From assembly GCA_964106915.2 (NCBI GenBank), contig OZ066919.1: a stretch of DNA of 64,000 nucleotides; one strand, written 5' to 3'. The position numbers were made by a program, and so were the translations under genes. Source of the stretch: Podarcis gaigeae. Lineage: Eukaryota. Below the pieces are notes generated by a model. That model saw nothing but the letters and a program-made list of their open reading frames with translations, ran no database searches and was not told the origin of the DNA. This document shows, piece after piece, positions 37,470 to 50,332 of the stretch. Positions within the stretch are counted from its first letter, which is position 1. Each line of letters starts with the position of its first letter.

Positions 37470-38859
37470 CAAACGCTCTTCTAGTTTTTGCTTCCCTGAC
37501 TCAGCACACAGACACATATTTTGCTTGTTGCAAATTTCCAGGCATACATTTATAGCACATTACTTCTCCAAAGAATCGTGAGAGCCCTAAGGGTGCTGGG
37601 AATTGCAGCACACCCTTTTAACATTCTGTTGGATTATTGGATAAACGTCACCTTTGCTAACAAGCGTTTTCTGTTTATAGTTGTGGAAATGATCATCATA
37701 TGCATATATTCTCACAGGCCTAAGGAATTGTGGCTCTCATTCGCCACATTAGCAAAAGTGTTCTGGAACCGTACTGCCCCTGACTGTGGAATGTTTTTGC
37801 CTCATTCCGCAGACACTCAGAACATGAAGCCTGCTGCCTCCCAACAGACATCTGCATTGCAATTCAGAGCAAGCCAAGACACATGTAGGATGGAATGTGG
37901 GTGGGTGGGAATTTCGCATTTGATCGGGGAAGGAGATTTGCAGCAGACGTCGGGCATTTATCTGTGTTCGTGATAAGCTATACAACAGTACGGGGAAAAC
38001 ACCGGCCTTCGTACACTTTCACAATCTGCGCTTTATGAATTGGGTGTTTCAGGGAAGGAACGTACCAGAATGCTTTAGAACTAGGACACCTGTCATGAGG
38101 ACCCATATCTGAGACAATACCCATAAACCGATGGGCACCTTTTCTCCTCCCCAGAAACATATCTGAAAAGCAGGTAAAGATTGCACCAGGCTTGGAACAT
38201 CTACACATTTGTGCATTGACAGTTTGGTAGGAGCATCACGACCCTTGCTCGACACTATCTGTTTTTAATGAAGGACCAAGTCTTCCACCTCTTTAGGGCC
38301 GATTCAGGCCAACTGAAGTGAGTTCACTAGTCTTAATCATAGTGGGAAAGTTTCGAAATAAGGTGGCAATGGGAGGGAGAATTGAAGGCGGTCAAACTGC
38401 CTCACCCAGCACCCTGAAGGGCTTGTGTGAGCAGGGCAGAAGGAATAGTTTACAGGACTGGCCTAATTTTCTCCAGGACTGGTTAGGGAGGTGGCTGTGA
38501 ATGCTATTGATCTTTCATGCCTTCACCTACACCCCTCGCCCCACTGAAACACCCGCTGTCTCCCCTGGAATCCCTGTTTCTAAACCCCATTGGTGGGCAA
38601 GAAATGTAGAAGTTTGTTTGGTGGTGGGGAAGAAGCTTCTCACCTCAGATCTCCCTCTCCAAGGTCAGTCTGCTTTCTCGCCTTGGAGACGACGATCAGG
38701 GGCTTCCTATGCCATTGAGAGTCCCTTAAATGCACCACAGCATTGCAAGGCCTGGTTATTGTATTTGAACCATTCCTCTTTCGTTTGGCCTCATTTCCCT
38801 GTCTAGCTATGTTTTAAAGAAATATATTACCCAAGCCATTGTGTATTGCAAAGCCAATA

Positions 38860-39023
38860 CTGTATTTATGCAAATCTAATGCGCCATTGAATCTAATGCA
38901 CACCTCAATTTTCACAACCTTGAAACCAAAGTATTTGTTGGCGCCATCAAATCTAATGTGCACCCTAATTTTCACAACGCAATTTGGCCCAAAAAGGTGT
39001 GTGTTACATTCGAGTAAATATGG
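38860..39023. mobile_element. old Tc2-like (CCGTA-terminus) MITE
   Basis: ta|ctgtatttatgc...gagtaaatatgg|ta with internal aatctaatg repeats. Confidence 0.55.
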
Positions 39024-39089
39024 TAGTATTGGCCAAAAATAGCAGCAAGTTTGTTATTATATTTTTAAACGGTTCTCCCCTCATATTTT

Positions 39090-39122
<33 letters not shown>

Positions 39123-41252
39123 TACTGCCCTTCATCTGAGGATTGCAGGGCGGTTTACAATATAAAAACACAAAAATACATGTCAGTGTAGCTAACAAAA
39201 ACAATACCTTCCTCCAGTATAATATTGCTATAATGTCTAGGATTTTTCTGTGGAATTTTTATTCCCCAACCCATAGTTGCTTCTCCACTTTCTGTCAGAT
39301 GTTAACTCTGGCCATATAGGGTTTATTCCACCCCCGCCCCCATTTTGAGATTGGCCCACAGGCTCACATAATCCTTTAATTCAGATTCATGTTTGGATGT
39401 ATTTCTCTTCCATTAACGAGAAAGCATATTTAGATAATTTCAGCTGAAGTCACTTCTTTGTGCATCCATCTTCCTCATCAATATATTCCCAGTGTATTCT
39501 CTGTCGCATGGCGTTTTAATTAGTTTTATGAGATGTTGTGCATTCAGCAAAAACAAAAAAGAAAAAAGGAGAGAAAAAAAGCCCAAAATATGACAAATGT
39601 GATTAAATGTTTCACTTTTGAGAACATCAGCTTAGGTAAGCTTTTACACAATAACGCATTAATAACCCTTTGCATGTGATATAAAACAATTTTCTGTGAT
39701 TGATTAAGAGAGTTGTGATGTTAACAGCAATAACAATAGATGAATACTTTACTCATTGTGGAGGCAGATAGAACATGTGAGATGCACATAAAATTAGAGT
39801 AGCATCAGCAAAGAAGGCAAAGTGGAACTGAAACATTTTTGCACTTATTTGAGTCTATTATTTGAGTGCAAGGTTTATCAGTTCGGTAATAGTTTATCAA
39901 TATTTCACTTAATATTTTAGTTAAGCAAAAAACGATGGAAGGTAAGGATGGACTGGTCTTTATTCAATAAATTCAATAAATGTGTAATCTTAATGCTCCC
40001 AGGAGCTTTCCCAGGAGCCATGGATGGTACAACCTCCTTCACCTATCCATGGAGATCCTTCACTGCCTAGCGGTGGACAGCTTCACTGTTGTGGCTTCCA
40101 CATTGCTCTGTGGGTGGTAAGGGCAAAAAGGGCATGTTCTATGGACAAATCCCTGGAATGGGATGGCCTATGCCATCTCTGGAACTGGCAGTAATTTTCT
40201 CTACTGTTTAAACCAATGGGAGGAGAAATGGGAAAAAGGGTGGAACACTCAAAAGCCATTGCCACCATTCTCTGATGTCAACAGGATCTCCCCCAGCCTT
40301 CATACAATTGTTCTGTTTGCCATTTTAATGAAGTGAAGAGGAGCAGAAGGAAGGACCGCCAGGCTGGGCTACAATTTAGCCCCACATGTGGGAACCAGCT
40401 GAACTGGCGCGGATTAGCCAGCTGCACCTGCCCCAGGAGAAGGACCGCCCAAAACCTACTAGCCTAGCCAATCACAGGTAGGTGGTCAGCCAAACCCCTG
40501 GCTGCTTGCCAGATCACTGCAGAGGTTGTGGTCTGGCCGCAAAACCACCCACCATTCACCATGAGCAGACTTCACAGAGGGTATTACAGATCTTTTGGAT
40601 GTTCCATTGCACAGAAGAAATATGGGTGTTTTTGACAGAGAGCTGTGGGGCAGTCAATCCCAGGCTGTTCCATCAGGTTCCTAGCAGCCTGCATATCTGG
40701 CCTGGCCATGTCACTGAAATTCAGCATTACCTAGTACTGAAATCCAACATTTCAAATCCAACTGAAATCCTACTTTGGAATACCAATTTATCCAGCTCCT
40801 AAAGCAATCCCTTCCCTCTCTGTTCTTCTATGGTTTGGATCCTAATCTGAGACTTCCCTTTCCATCCTTTCCTCCCTGGTTCCTGCAAGAAAAATGTAGT
40901 TTTTCCAGGGTGCCTGAGCCCTTGATATGGATGTCAAACACCCTAAAAACTACATGTCCCAGGTGTCTTTGTGCATGAAATGCTGCTGACAAGATCAAAC
41001 CAGGTAATGATGTCCCCAACGTGCCACCTGGTTTTGGTAGTTTGAGGCTGCTGGCTATGTGTCATCACGGGCCCTAAATCAACGGATAGGATTTGCGAAT
41101 GACTGAAAAGGGCTAGGTAGAAGTGGGTTTAGACTGAACTAACATATGGTGATGGAGGCATGATAGCAACATATCCTAAGGCAGCTTTCCGAGCCTGATG
41201 CCTTTAATAGGTCACCTCATGAATGCCAAACATTGCCCTGAAACCTTCACAG

Positions 41253-41789
41253 TACAGCCTCCAACATTCTTTGGATGAAAATAAGGACGTCCCATACCAT
41301 AACAATACAGTGGTATCTCAGGTTACAGATGCTTCAGGTTACAGACGCTTCAGGTTACAGACTCCGCTAACCCAGAAATAGTACCTCGGGTTAAGAACAG
41401 AAATCGTGCAGCGGCCGCACAGCGGCAGTGGAAGGCCCCATTAGCTAAAGTGGTACCTCAGGTTAAGAACAGTTTCAGGTTAAGAACGGACCTCCAGAAC
41501 GAATTAAGTTTTTAACCTGAGGTACCACTGTAATTTGACTATTTATACCCCACACATTTTACTGGGTTGCCCCAGCCACTCTGGGCAGCTTCCAATATAT
41601 ATAAAAACATAATAAAACATTAAGCATTTAAAAAACTTCCCTATACTGGATTGCTCAGTGAATAACTCCATACCCTCCAACATTTCTCCAATGAAAATAG
41701 GGATGTCTTAAGGAAAAGCAGGACAGAAACCAGGATGGCTTATCTAAATCAGGGACGTCCCTGGAAAATAGGGACACTTGGAGAGTCTG
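41253..41789 (+). mobile_element. CATAC-terminus composite TIR element (long form) with nested Tigger-like MITE
   Basis: tacagcctccaacatt...cacttggagagtctg; flanks tcacag/ttacag. Confidence 0.7.
41308..41530 (+). mobile_element. Tigger/pogo-like MITE
   Basis: Same family as 3071; TA flanks. Confidence 0.85.
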
Positions 41790-41951
41790 TTACAGCAGAA
41801 GCAATGAACAACCTTTTTGATTTCTTTCCTGTTTGCTTTCTTTGTCAGCAAAGAGCTAAATCTTAGGTCACAATCATTTCTATTTACGTGTTCCCATTCT
41901 CTGCCTACCATTTTTGTTCTGACCTCCAGTCACGGGGTTTTACTACACACA

Positions 41952-42039
41952 TTCTTTAAGAATAAAGACAATTAAAACAACAAACCCAAACGCCTGAACG
42001 AAACGTATTAAGTGTTTTGGTTGTGCCGAGCTAAAGGCT
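41952..42039. repeat. 88-bp locally duplicated element, copy 1
   Basis: Ungapped 76/88 identity to 44479-44566. Confidence 0.9.
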
Positions 42040-42732
42040 TTGTTTGCGATTATTCGGTGCCCTTCTTGATTCATCTCCAGCCGCATCACGCCAGAAACTA
42101 ACAAAATAATACTTGCAATAGTTAGATCAAATATACAAGTAAAAATGGGGAAAGAGCGAAGGGTAATGCAGAAATGCAAGATCCATTAAACTATGCAAGT
42201 ATGCATGAACTGTAAAAAGTGGATCCCGTACATATCAGCTATAGCCTTTAGCTGTTAGCAGGTGTGAGTCAGTCAGTTGTACAATTCATTTGTCTACCTA
42301 ATTGCACTGAAGATAGGCTTTTAGTTTGCCTATAACACTGCTAATGAGTAGGTTTTCAGTTCGATCTAACTAATTAATTCTTGTTAACTTCCTTTGCCTT
42401 GCTGTTCTTTTAATTTAACCAGAGACAGCCCCATAGTTGCTACTTGCGTTGAGGCTCCACCAGATTACTCTATTCATTAAGGGCTGTAATTGTTGGCCAT
42501 ACCCATTCCAAATGGTCATTACAACCTCTGGCTTGCATATTGAATAACAGCAATTTCCTGACTCCAACAGACTCTTATGTGAGGGAGGGGAAAATGCTAA
42601 TAAAGAAAGAATAAATGATTCCCTGCTTCATTCAGTGGTGTGTAGATTTCTTTTACAGAAGAAATTGCACCGAGGTGGTAAAACGGGTTTCTCGCAGGCC
42701 CCCTGCCACCACCCCGAGTGAAAACAATAAGA

Positions 42733-42880
42733 NNNNNNNNNNNNNNNNNNNNNNNNNNNNNNNNNNNNNNNNNNNNNNNNNNNNNNNNNNNNNNNNNNNN
42801 NNNNNNNNNNNNNNNNNNNNNNNNNNNNNNNNNNNNNNNNNNNNNNNNNNNNNNNNNNNNNNNNNNNNNNNNNNNNNNNN
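42733..42880. other. assembly gap (N run)
   Basis: Ns in sequence. Confidence 1.
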
Positions 42881-43273
42881 AGGCCTAGAAAGAAAATAAA
42901 AAACCAGGGTGTTTTAATAAAAAGAACCTGTGAGTGCAATACTTTGTGGGGTAAAAGCTTGTGTGTGGGCAAAAAAGGGGGGAGGGAGGAAAGAAAAGAA
43001 AAGTTCGTGTGCAACTTTTTTGTCCTCTGAATAACAAGCCCTTTTCCCCCCATTTAAGCTTTAGGTTCTATTTAACCAGCAATAAGCACAAGTTCATACA
43101 GGGTTCACTCATGTACCAAGTGTTTACTGAAGGAGGCACAATAGTTTAAATAAAGTGGTGGTTTTAAATATTTTACCCATTGCTTTAAACAAATTGCCAG
43201 CCCTTAACGTCTGTGCTCATTTGAAAACCACCATGGTTGCCTCTGCTTGTGATGGATCTCCTTTCCCTGAGCT

Positions 43274-43328
<55 letters not shown>

Positions 43329-43849
43329 TGCTTAGCTTAAGTCAAACACAGCTCAGATCATTTTAGTAGTTCTCAATGGACTGTAGAGCCAAGGTGGCCT
43401 TTTGGATAGTATACCAAGCTTGAAATTGGGCAGATGTAGCCTGAAACTGCTCCTGAACCACAGTGATATGGGAAATCCTGACCAGTTTCCCTCTGCAAGC
43501 TTGACTTCAGTAGTGGAAGGCACGATGAGACTCAACTGACCTCCCCCCACCGGTTGAGTCCCCGCTGCTGACGCAACAGACAGGAGGAGAGGTAAAGTGG
43601 TGGTGAGGTTGGCACAGTGTAAACATGCCCACAAGAATGCCAAATTGCATTTGCTGACATGTTTGCACCATGCCACCCTTACCACCATCTTAATCCTTCC
43701 CCTTTCCATCCTGGGAGGCAGCAGTGACTCAACAGGATAGAATTTTAGAAAGCCCTCCCTCCATCGGAAGGAGGTCAGGCGAACAGTGTACTCTCCCATT
43801 GAAATGTCTGCCGCCACCCAAACTCCTGCATAGGGTTATTGGACTCATC

Positions 43850-44224
43850 CTCTCATGTACATTTCCGAGCACAGTTCAAAGTGTCGGTGCTGACCTTTAA
43901 AGTTCTAAATGGCTTCAGTCCTGTATACCTGAAGGAGCGTCCTCCACCCCCATCATTCTGCCTGGACACCGAGGGCCTTCTGGTGGTTCCCACACTGCGA
44001 GAAGTGAAGCTACTGGGAACCAGGTGGAGGGCCTTCTCAGTAGTGGTGCCCACCCTGTGGAACGCCCTCCCGTCAGATGTCAAGGAGACGAGTCTTCTAG
44101 GGGACATCTGAAGCCAGCCCTGTATAGGGAAGCTTTTAAAGGTTCAATGTTTTACTATATTTTTATATATTCTGGAGGCCGCCCAGAGTGGTTGGGGCAA
44201 CCCAGTCAGATGGGTGGGGTACAA

Positions 44225-44255
<31 letters not shown>
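43850..44255 (+). mobile_element. L2 LINE 3' end
   Basis: HFRAQFKVSVLTFKVLNGFSPVYLKER...RAFSVVVPTLWNALP, followed by the 3' UTR and (ATT)n. Confidence 0.85.
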
Positions 44256-44478
44256 GCATATTTAGTCTTAACAATTCACTGGGGAAATCCAGGGCAGCAA
44301 ACTTAAACTGTAGGGGAAGCGATGAGTTCAGCATCACTGAATTCACTCTCCGACCCTGCTGTGCCTACTGGTTCATTGCTGACCTAGGTGGTGATGATAC
44401 AGGTACAACTGCACCTATTGGCAAAATTGAAACTGTTTCTTCCAGTTGACTCACACAGGCCTTGCTGGTGCTCAGGCC

Positions 44479-44566
44479 TTCTTTAAGAACAAAGGCAATT
44501 AAAACAACAAACCTGAAAGCCTGGATGAAATGGACCTAGTGTTTTGGTTGTGCCGAGCTAAAGGCT
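44479..44566. repeat. 88-bp locally duplicated element, copy 2
   Basis: See 41952-42039. Confidence 0.9.
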
Positions 44567-47326
44567 GCGTGATTTGAACGCAAAAGAAAGATCAGCTGAA
44601 AGGACATTACATTTTCTCTCTCCTCACTCCAGGCGATGTTTTGATGTTTCCTTTCTTCTTCTTTGGTCCTTTGCAATGACAACTCCAAGATGAAAAGTTG
44701 CTCTACCTAGTGGCATTGCGTGGGGAGGACCAGAGGGGCGATGGCCCTGGGCACATTTTTTGGGGGGAGTACATGTTGCTCCTCACCACCCTGCAAGCTG
44801 CATACCGCTGTGCCCCTGCCTGCCTGCAGCCCTTGGCGGGTGCAACAAACATGCACCCAAGGAGTGTGATCACATTGCCTTGTCAGCTCTGTGCCCATTG
44901 GTGATGCTGCAGGGCTGTGTGAGCAGGACACAATAGGCATACATGCTTCCTGTTCAGGTACCAACCATGCACGCTACGCTGCTGGCCTTTGTCAGGAGTT
45001 CAGCCTACACTCGAGTAGGTCCCTGGCAGAGACACACGCCTGACTGGCATGTTCCCTCCCTCCTGGTCATTCATTCGGGAGCTTCAAAAGCTTTCTTCAG
45101 CCCAAACATCACAGCGACCGATGCCAACAGACACCGGCACACTTAGGGATCCGCAGAGTCTTCGCAGTTGCGTGACAGACCTCAGCAACTCAGCATTTTG
45201 GCTAATCTACTTTATTTACATATAAACACACATGGAGCACTGCAACATGGCTCCCTCCCTCTCTCTAGCATCAGACAGCAAAGAGGAAAAGAACAAAGGA
45301 CAATAGTCCCATTTCATGGAACACAGTACACAAACATCCTGTCTCCGTCACTTTCCACTCTGTGGAGTCAAAACACACACCGTCATGTGATAGACAACAT
45401 TCCTATAACTGCAATCATGGAGCAGGAATTCTAACATCCTCCCCCAATTCATGATCTGGGTTGCAGTCATCAGTGTACCTGCAACAACCTCAAAGGAAAC
45501 ATTTTCATCATCGCAAAGGGGAATTCCCACATGAAGCAGAGCCTTTCTAGAAGATCTTAATAAGCAGGCTGGCTTCCATTCCCACAATGGAGCTAGATAG
45601 AACCTATTTGGGGTTCTGTGGCCCCAGTATCCATAAAACCACCATGGTATTAATCTTTGGCCATTCAGCTATGAAAGAACTTGCTAAGTAGCAGCACAAG
45701 GCTAACCATGTCTAGTCAAAAGAAACTCCTTTTGAATTCTGCAAGGTAAGTGGGGTTAGGACTGCACTCCAAGACACTTTGGAGGCTTAGTACTGATCGC
45801 CAAGCCCATTGTAAGAAAAACTCATCTATAAAAGCCGGGACCGGTAGGGTTTATCAGCTCAATTCAGCAAAAGGCACCCACGTATGGAAGCACACTTCTG
45901 TAAGCATAGCCAGGACCAGCTATCTCCATTCACATCTTGCTGCTTAAGTGGGACACACCAAATGGACCAGATGCTTCTTTTGATGCAGATGGGGAGGCTC
46001 AGCTCACCAGTTAGTTTTGGGAAGGAGGGGTGGCAGAATTAACTATGCCAGCTGGGAACCCAATCTGGGGCTTCTTGGGTGAAGGGAGGAGCTTTGGATC
46101 TAGTGGATCTCAGACTACCTCCACCTTGCCCATTTCAGGGACTACAGCCAGCAGTCGATTCACCCTGCAGAGGCATATCTGGGTCTCTAGGGCAGAGATG
46201 TCCCCCTGCTGGTGGATCTCCTCTTAGCTGGTAGCAGGGTACTTCTACCCCAGTTTAAGCCCCTCCAAGCAACAGATCTGTGGATGGGTTCAGTTCATTC
46301 AACTGAATGGGGCTTATTTCCAAGTACAGGGGTCCAGGCTGCACAACTATTTAAATGTAAGTATACCAGCTCAAGCAGTTTTCTGTATCCAGGTTGTCTA
46401 CCTACAGTAGCATCTGAGCGTACTGTTTTCCTCCTCTGCCTTCACTACACACGTACTATTTTAAGAGAAAACAAACATTAAAAATCAACCTTAAGTGGAG
46501 ATCTAGTTTGGCTGAGGAACGTAAGAAGAATTGTGAAGAGGAGCTGTAGGAAGACAAAGAACGGACAGATTCCTTAGGGCTTTTCTTTTCTTCTCTTGAC
46601 TGACTAAAGTGCAACATGTTAGAGTGTCTCTCATGTATCAAAAGCGACATTTGAGTGCTTTTCTTATTCAAAATAGTACCAGCTCCCTCAGCATCAAATG
46701 CAGTGCAGTCCTTTCAAATGAAGGCATCAAGGTAGACAGGTAAGTTGGGGTGTTCTGACACATATTCTCCTTAAGATGTGAAGAGTGTCTTTAAACCTTC
46801 TTGCTTGAGGATGTGATTAGGGGAGACTATTTGGAATTATGTGTAAGTGGTATGCAAAAAGCTATGCTACTCTCTAGTCCAGCTTCCAGCTACAGGATTG
46901 CATTACTGACAGTGATATCTTGCAACGTGCGATGATACTTGAGCGGATTTCTTTTTTATAAACCATCCAAGGAAAAGATAAAAATGTAGCACTTAATTTT
47001 CCATTTTCCATTGGCAAAATTGGGTGATTATGACCAAATTAACACAAATATTTATATTGCACCAATAGACTATATATATATATATTGTTATCACAGAGGA
47101 TTGGTCAGTAAGTATAGAACATATTTACCTGCATAACCTCTGGTGCAGCTGGTATGTCTAACAATTCGTTAAAAAATTGGAGTTCTCAAATAACTCTTGT
47201 CATATGTAGATTTTTAATTCCTCTGCTTAGAATTATATGTATAAGAATTACTCCATTTTGCAGACAGGGAAACTAAAGCCTTGGGATTGAGAAAGAGTTG
47301 TAAAGCTATATATAAGATGGCTTGAG

Positions 47327-47358
<32 letters not shown>

Positions 47359-48309
47359 CATTTTAGATCCCCCAATTTCATCCTTAAACCCCAAAGATGT
47401 CTCTCTATGACTTTCAAATACCCACCTTTCCAACAGGAAGTACTGGCTTGCAAAAAAGCTTTGATTTTCAAAAGACCTTTGGGTGGAAAATGTGGAAATA
47501 AAATAAATAAACCACAAATAAAAAACTAGGTGTAGTGAGTTGCCTTTTACAGCAAGTACTTGTATTTTCATTACTTCAGTCTTACATCACTGAAATATCA
47601 CCCACAAACAGGTTGTCACCTTTTTATTCTGGCAGTGTTCCTAGGCTTTTAGTAGCTACATGACAATTAAGAATTTAGCAGGATGCAACTTTTACTGGTA
47701 TGGAAATCCAGCGAGAGGCAAACATCTAACAGGTGCAGATGTCCTATCATTCAGTTGCTAATGTACAGAAGCCCTGTAAAGATAAAGGTAGCAAACCTAT
47801 TAGGAAAAATAAATCAGAACTATGATTTCATCTTATGAATTGGTGATGGCACTGCTGAGTACATAACAGAAACCTGTATGTGTCTAACTAACAAGCAAGC
47901 AAATAAACAAACCTTCCAAAAAGCAGAGTGTATTTCTCAGAAATCTCAGTCAATTTTTTAAAATATAAAGCATCCACTACTTCATAGTATACAATAGAAA
48001 ACAGTACTTATTCATAAGTGCAAGAGTCTGGCCATGGGGTATACAATCTGGAAGACTTGAGTAATCCCTTTGTGAATATTCCTAGTCAAACTCGCAAATC
48101 TATCATTGGATTCAACTGGGGTAGAGTAACAGCCTCCGCTTTTCAGATATTTTTGGGGAACTCTGCTCTCATGTGAAAACACTCAGATAACAGTTGGTAT
48201 ACACCCCCCTCCCCAATTCGCATAATGCACAATTCTATCTTGGCACAGACGTCATGAAGATTTAAAGATCAGCAGTAAGCAATTTGTATACGCATATTAG
48301 ATGAAAATT

Positions 48310-48650
48310 AAAACCTCAGCGCCTAGGGCTTGCCGATCGCATGGTCGGCGGTTTGAATCCCCGTGGCGGGGTGAGCTCCCGTCTTTCGGTCCCAGCTCCT
48401 GCCCACCTAGCAGTTCGAAAGCACCCCTAAGTGCAAGTAGATAAATAGGTACTGCTTTATAGCGGGAAGGTAAACAGCATTTCCGTGTGTTGCGCTGGTG
48501 CTGGCTTGCCAGAGCAGCTTCGTTACGCTGGCCACGTGACCCGGAAGTGTCTCCAGACAGCGCTGGCCCCCGGCCTCTTAAGTGAGATGGGCGCACAACC
48601 CTAGAGTCGGACACGACTGGCCTGCAAGGGCAGGGGTACCTTTACCTTTA
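48310..48650 (+). mobile_element. Sauria SINE (slightly 5'-truncated, CpG-rich, young)
   Basis: gcctagggcttgccgatcgcatggtcggcggtttgaatccc...ggggtacctttaccttta. Confidence 0.9.
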
Positions 48651-49239
48651 AGCAGTATAACAAAAAAAAGTTTCAAGAAATGTTTAGTATAAAACAGAGA
48701 GAATGGTTAAAAATGCTTCTGTATGTATTGTTTTCTCTTGAAGTAGCTATTCATTTACCAGTAATATCCAGAAGGCCAAGGTCACATAAAATTTTGTACT
48801 TTTTGTGTAGGTCAGTGCATTGAAAAGTTATTGCATAATCTATATGCACACTAACCTCTGTGAGAAAGGTTCCTGCATGCAAAATATATTTAAAACCTTC
48901 TTTTTAAAATAGTTGCTCTGCATTTGGTATCTTGTTTCCATATGCCAAAATGAATTTAAGACCAGTTTAAATGGACCTTTTTACCCACTCCCCAATCTAA
49001 TAGCATTATGATAGAAAAAAAGATATTTTAGCCATGAATTACCATGTGCACCTAATTATGATGAATCAGAGTAATCTAACAGCACATGACAATAATTTAT
49101 GAATTGGCAAATATCCCTTAAAACGTGGAATCAAGATAATTTTATCCCATATTTACCTCTGCCAACTCAAATGATAGTGGGGGGGGGGAAATATAAGGGG
49201 GTGTGGCGTTTGTATAGAGCCCCTGGTCGTTTCATGGAC

Positions 49240-49688
49240 TATTGACCTGTACACCACTGCTTTATTCTTCCGTTGCCAGCAACCAGGTTTCCTCTGGTGA
49301 AATACTGAGGCTCAGTCAGGTTGTGAAGTCAACAACGAAGATTAAAGTTTATTGAAGAACAAACAAGTTTTAAATATGTTTAGAATGGTTTCTCAAATGC
49401 ACGCCCTTAGTTACATGAGACACTGTCGCACTCTTCTCTCTCAGTTCTATCCATGTCTCTCACTCTGTCACAACCGCTATATTCATCTTTTACTTGCTCT
49501 GTCAGACCCTGACTCTCCTATATCCCAATAGTAAAACCCCTGGGCTGAGCCTCCAAACCAGGTTGGCTTCGCCTCTGAGCTTTCTCATTGGTCAATCTAC
49601 AGTAACCATTTCCATCCCTCTGTACAAACAGAATCACAAGGAATGGGCAAATGCTACAGGGGGCAATCCAAGCCCTTGGTAGTCAACA
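49240..49688 (-). mobile_element. possible solo LTR
   Basis: Ends tattgac.../...gtcaaca; on the minus strand CCAAT (49587), a TATA-like box (49518) and AATAAA (49348, 49261) occur in LTR order; no TSD found. Confidence 0.3.
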
Positions 49689-49814
49689 GCAGTATTGAAT
49701 GGAGCAGAATTGTCATCACTGCATCCAAATCTTTAGCCTTTTTCTGTGTTGTAACTTAAATGAATTTGACATTCACTGAATTGCAGAAAATATAGCAGAT
49801 GCTATTGATACCAC

Positions 49815-50315
49815 CCCCTTCATGGATCACTGCCTTGCCGTGGCGAAGGGGCTTGAATAACCCAGAGAAGCTATGAGCTATGCCGTGCAGGGCTACCCAA
49901 GACGGACAGGTCATAGTGGAGAGTTTTGACCAAACGTGATCCACCTGGAGCAGGAACCGGCAAGCCACTCCAGTATCCCTGCCAAGAAAACTCCAAGGAC
50001 AAAGACAACAGGCATATAAAAGTTATGACGCTGGAAGATGAGCCCCTCAGGTCGGAAGGCATCTAACATGCTACTGAGGAAGAGAGGAGGACAAGTACAA
50101 GTAGATTCAGAGCTGATGAAGCGGCTGGGCCAAAGCTGAAAGGACGCTCAGTTGCGGATATGCCTGGAAGCGAAAGGAAAGTCCAATGCTGTAAAGAACC
50201 TGGAATGTAAGAACCATGAACCTTGGTAAGTTGGATGTGGTCAAAAATGGTGCTGGAGGAGACTCTTGAGAGTCCCATGGACTGCAAGAAGATCAAACGT
50301 ATCCATTCTTAAGGA
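49815..50315 (+). mobile_element. BovB LINE: 5' UTR/ORF start fused to a 3' ORF segment (internal deletion)
   Basis: cactgccttgccgtggcgaaggggcttg RTE 5' end; TWNVRTMNLGKLDVVK (APE start) joined at ~50247 to WCWRRLLRVPWTARRSN. Confidence 0.85.
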
Positions 50316-50332
50316 TAACATCATTATATAGT

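Noticed and set aside
45740-45770. Strong splice donor aag/gtaagt
   Set aside because: It is part of a common short repeat motif (gtaagt...taggactgca) also seen at ~25215-25240.
49815-49920. HDV-like ribozyme at the BovB 5' end
   Set aside because: Some RTE elements have one, but I could not build the nested double pseudoknot by eye; it needs an Infernal or RNArobo search.
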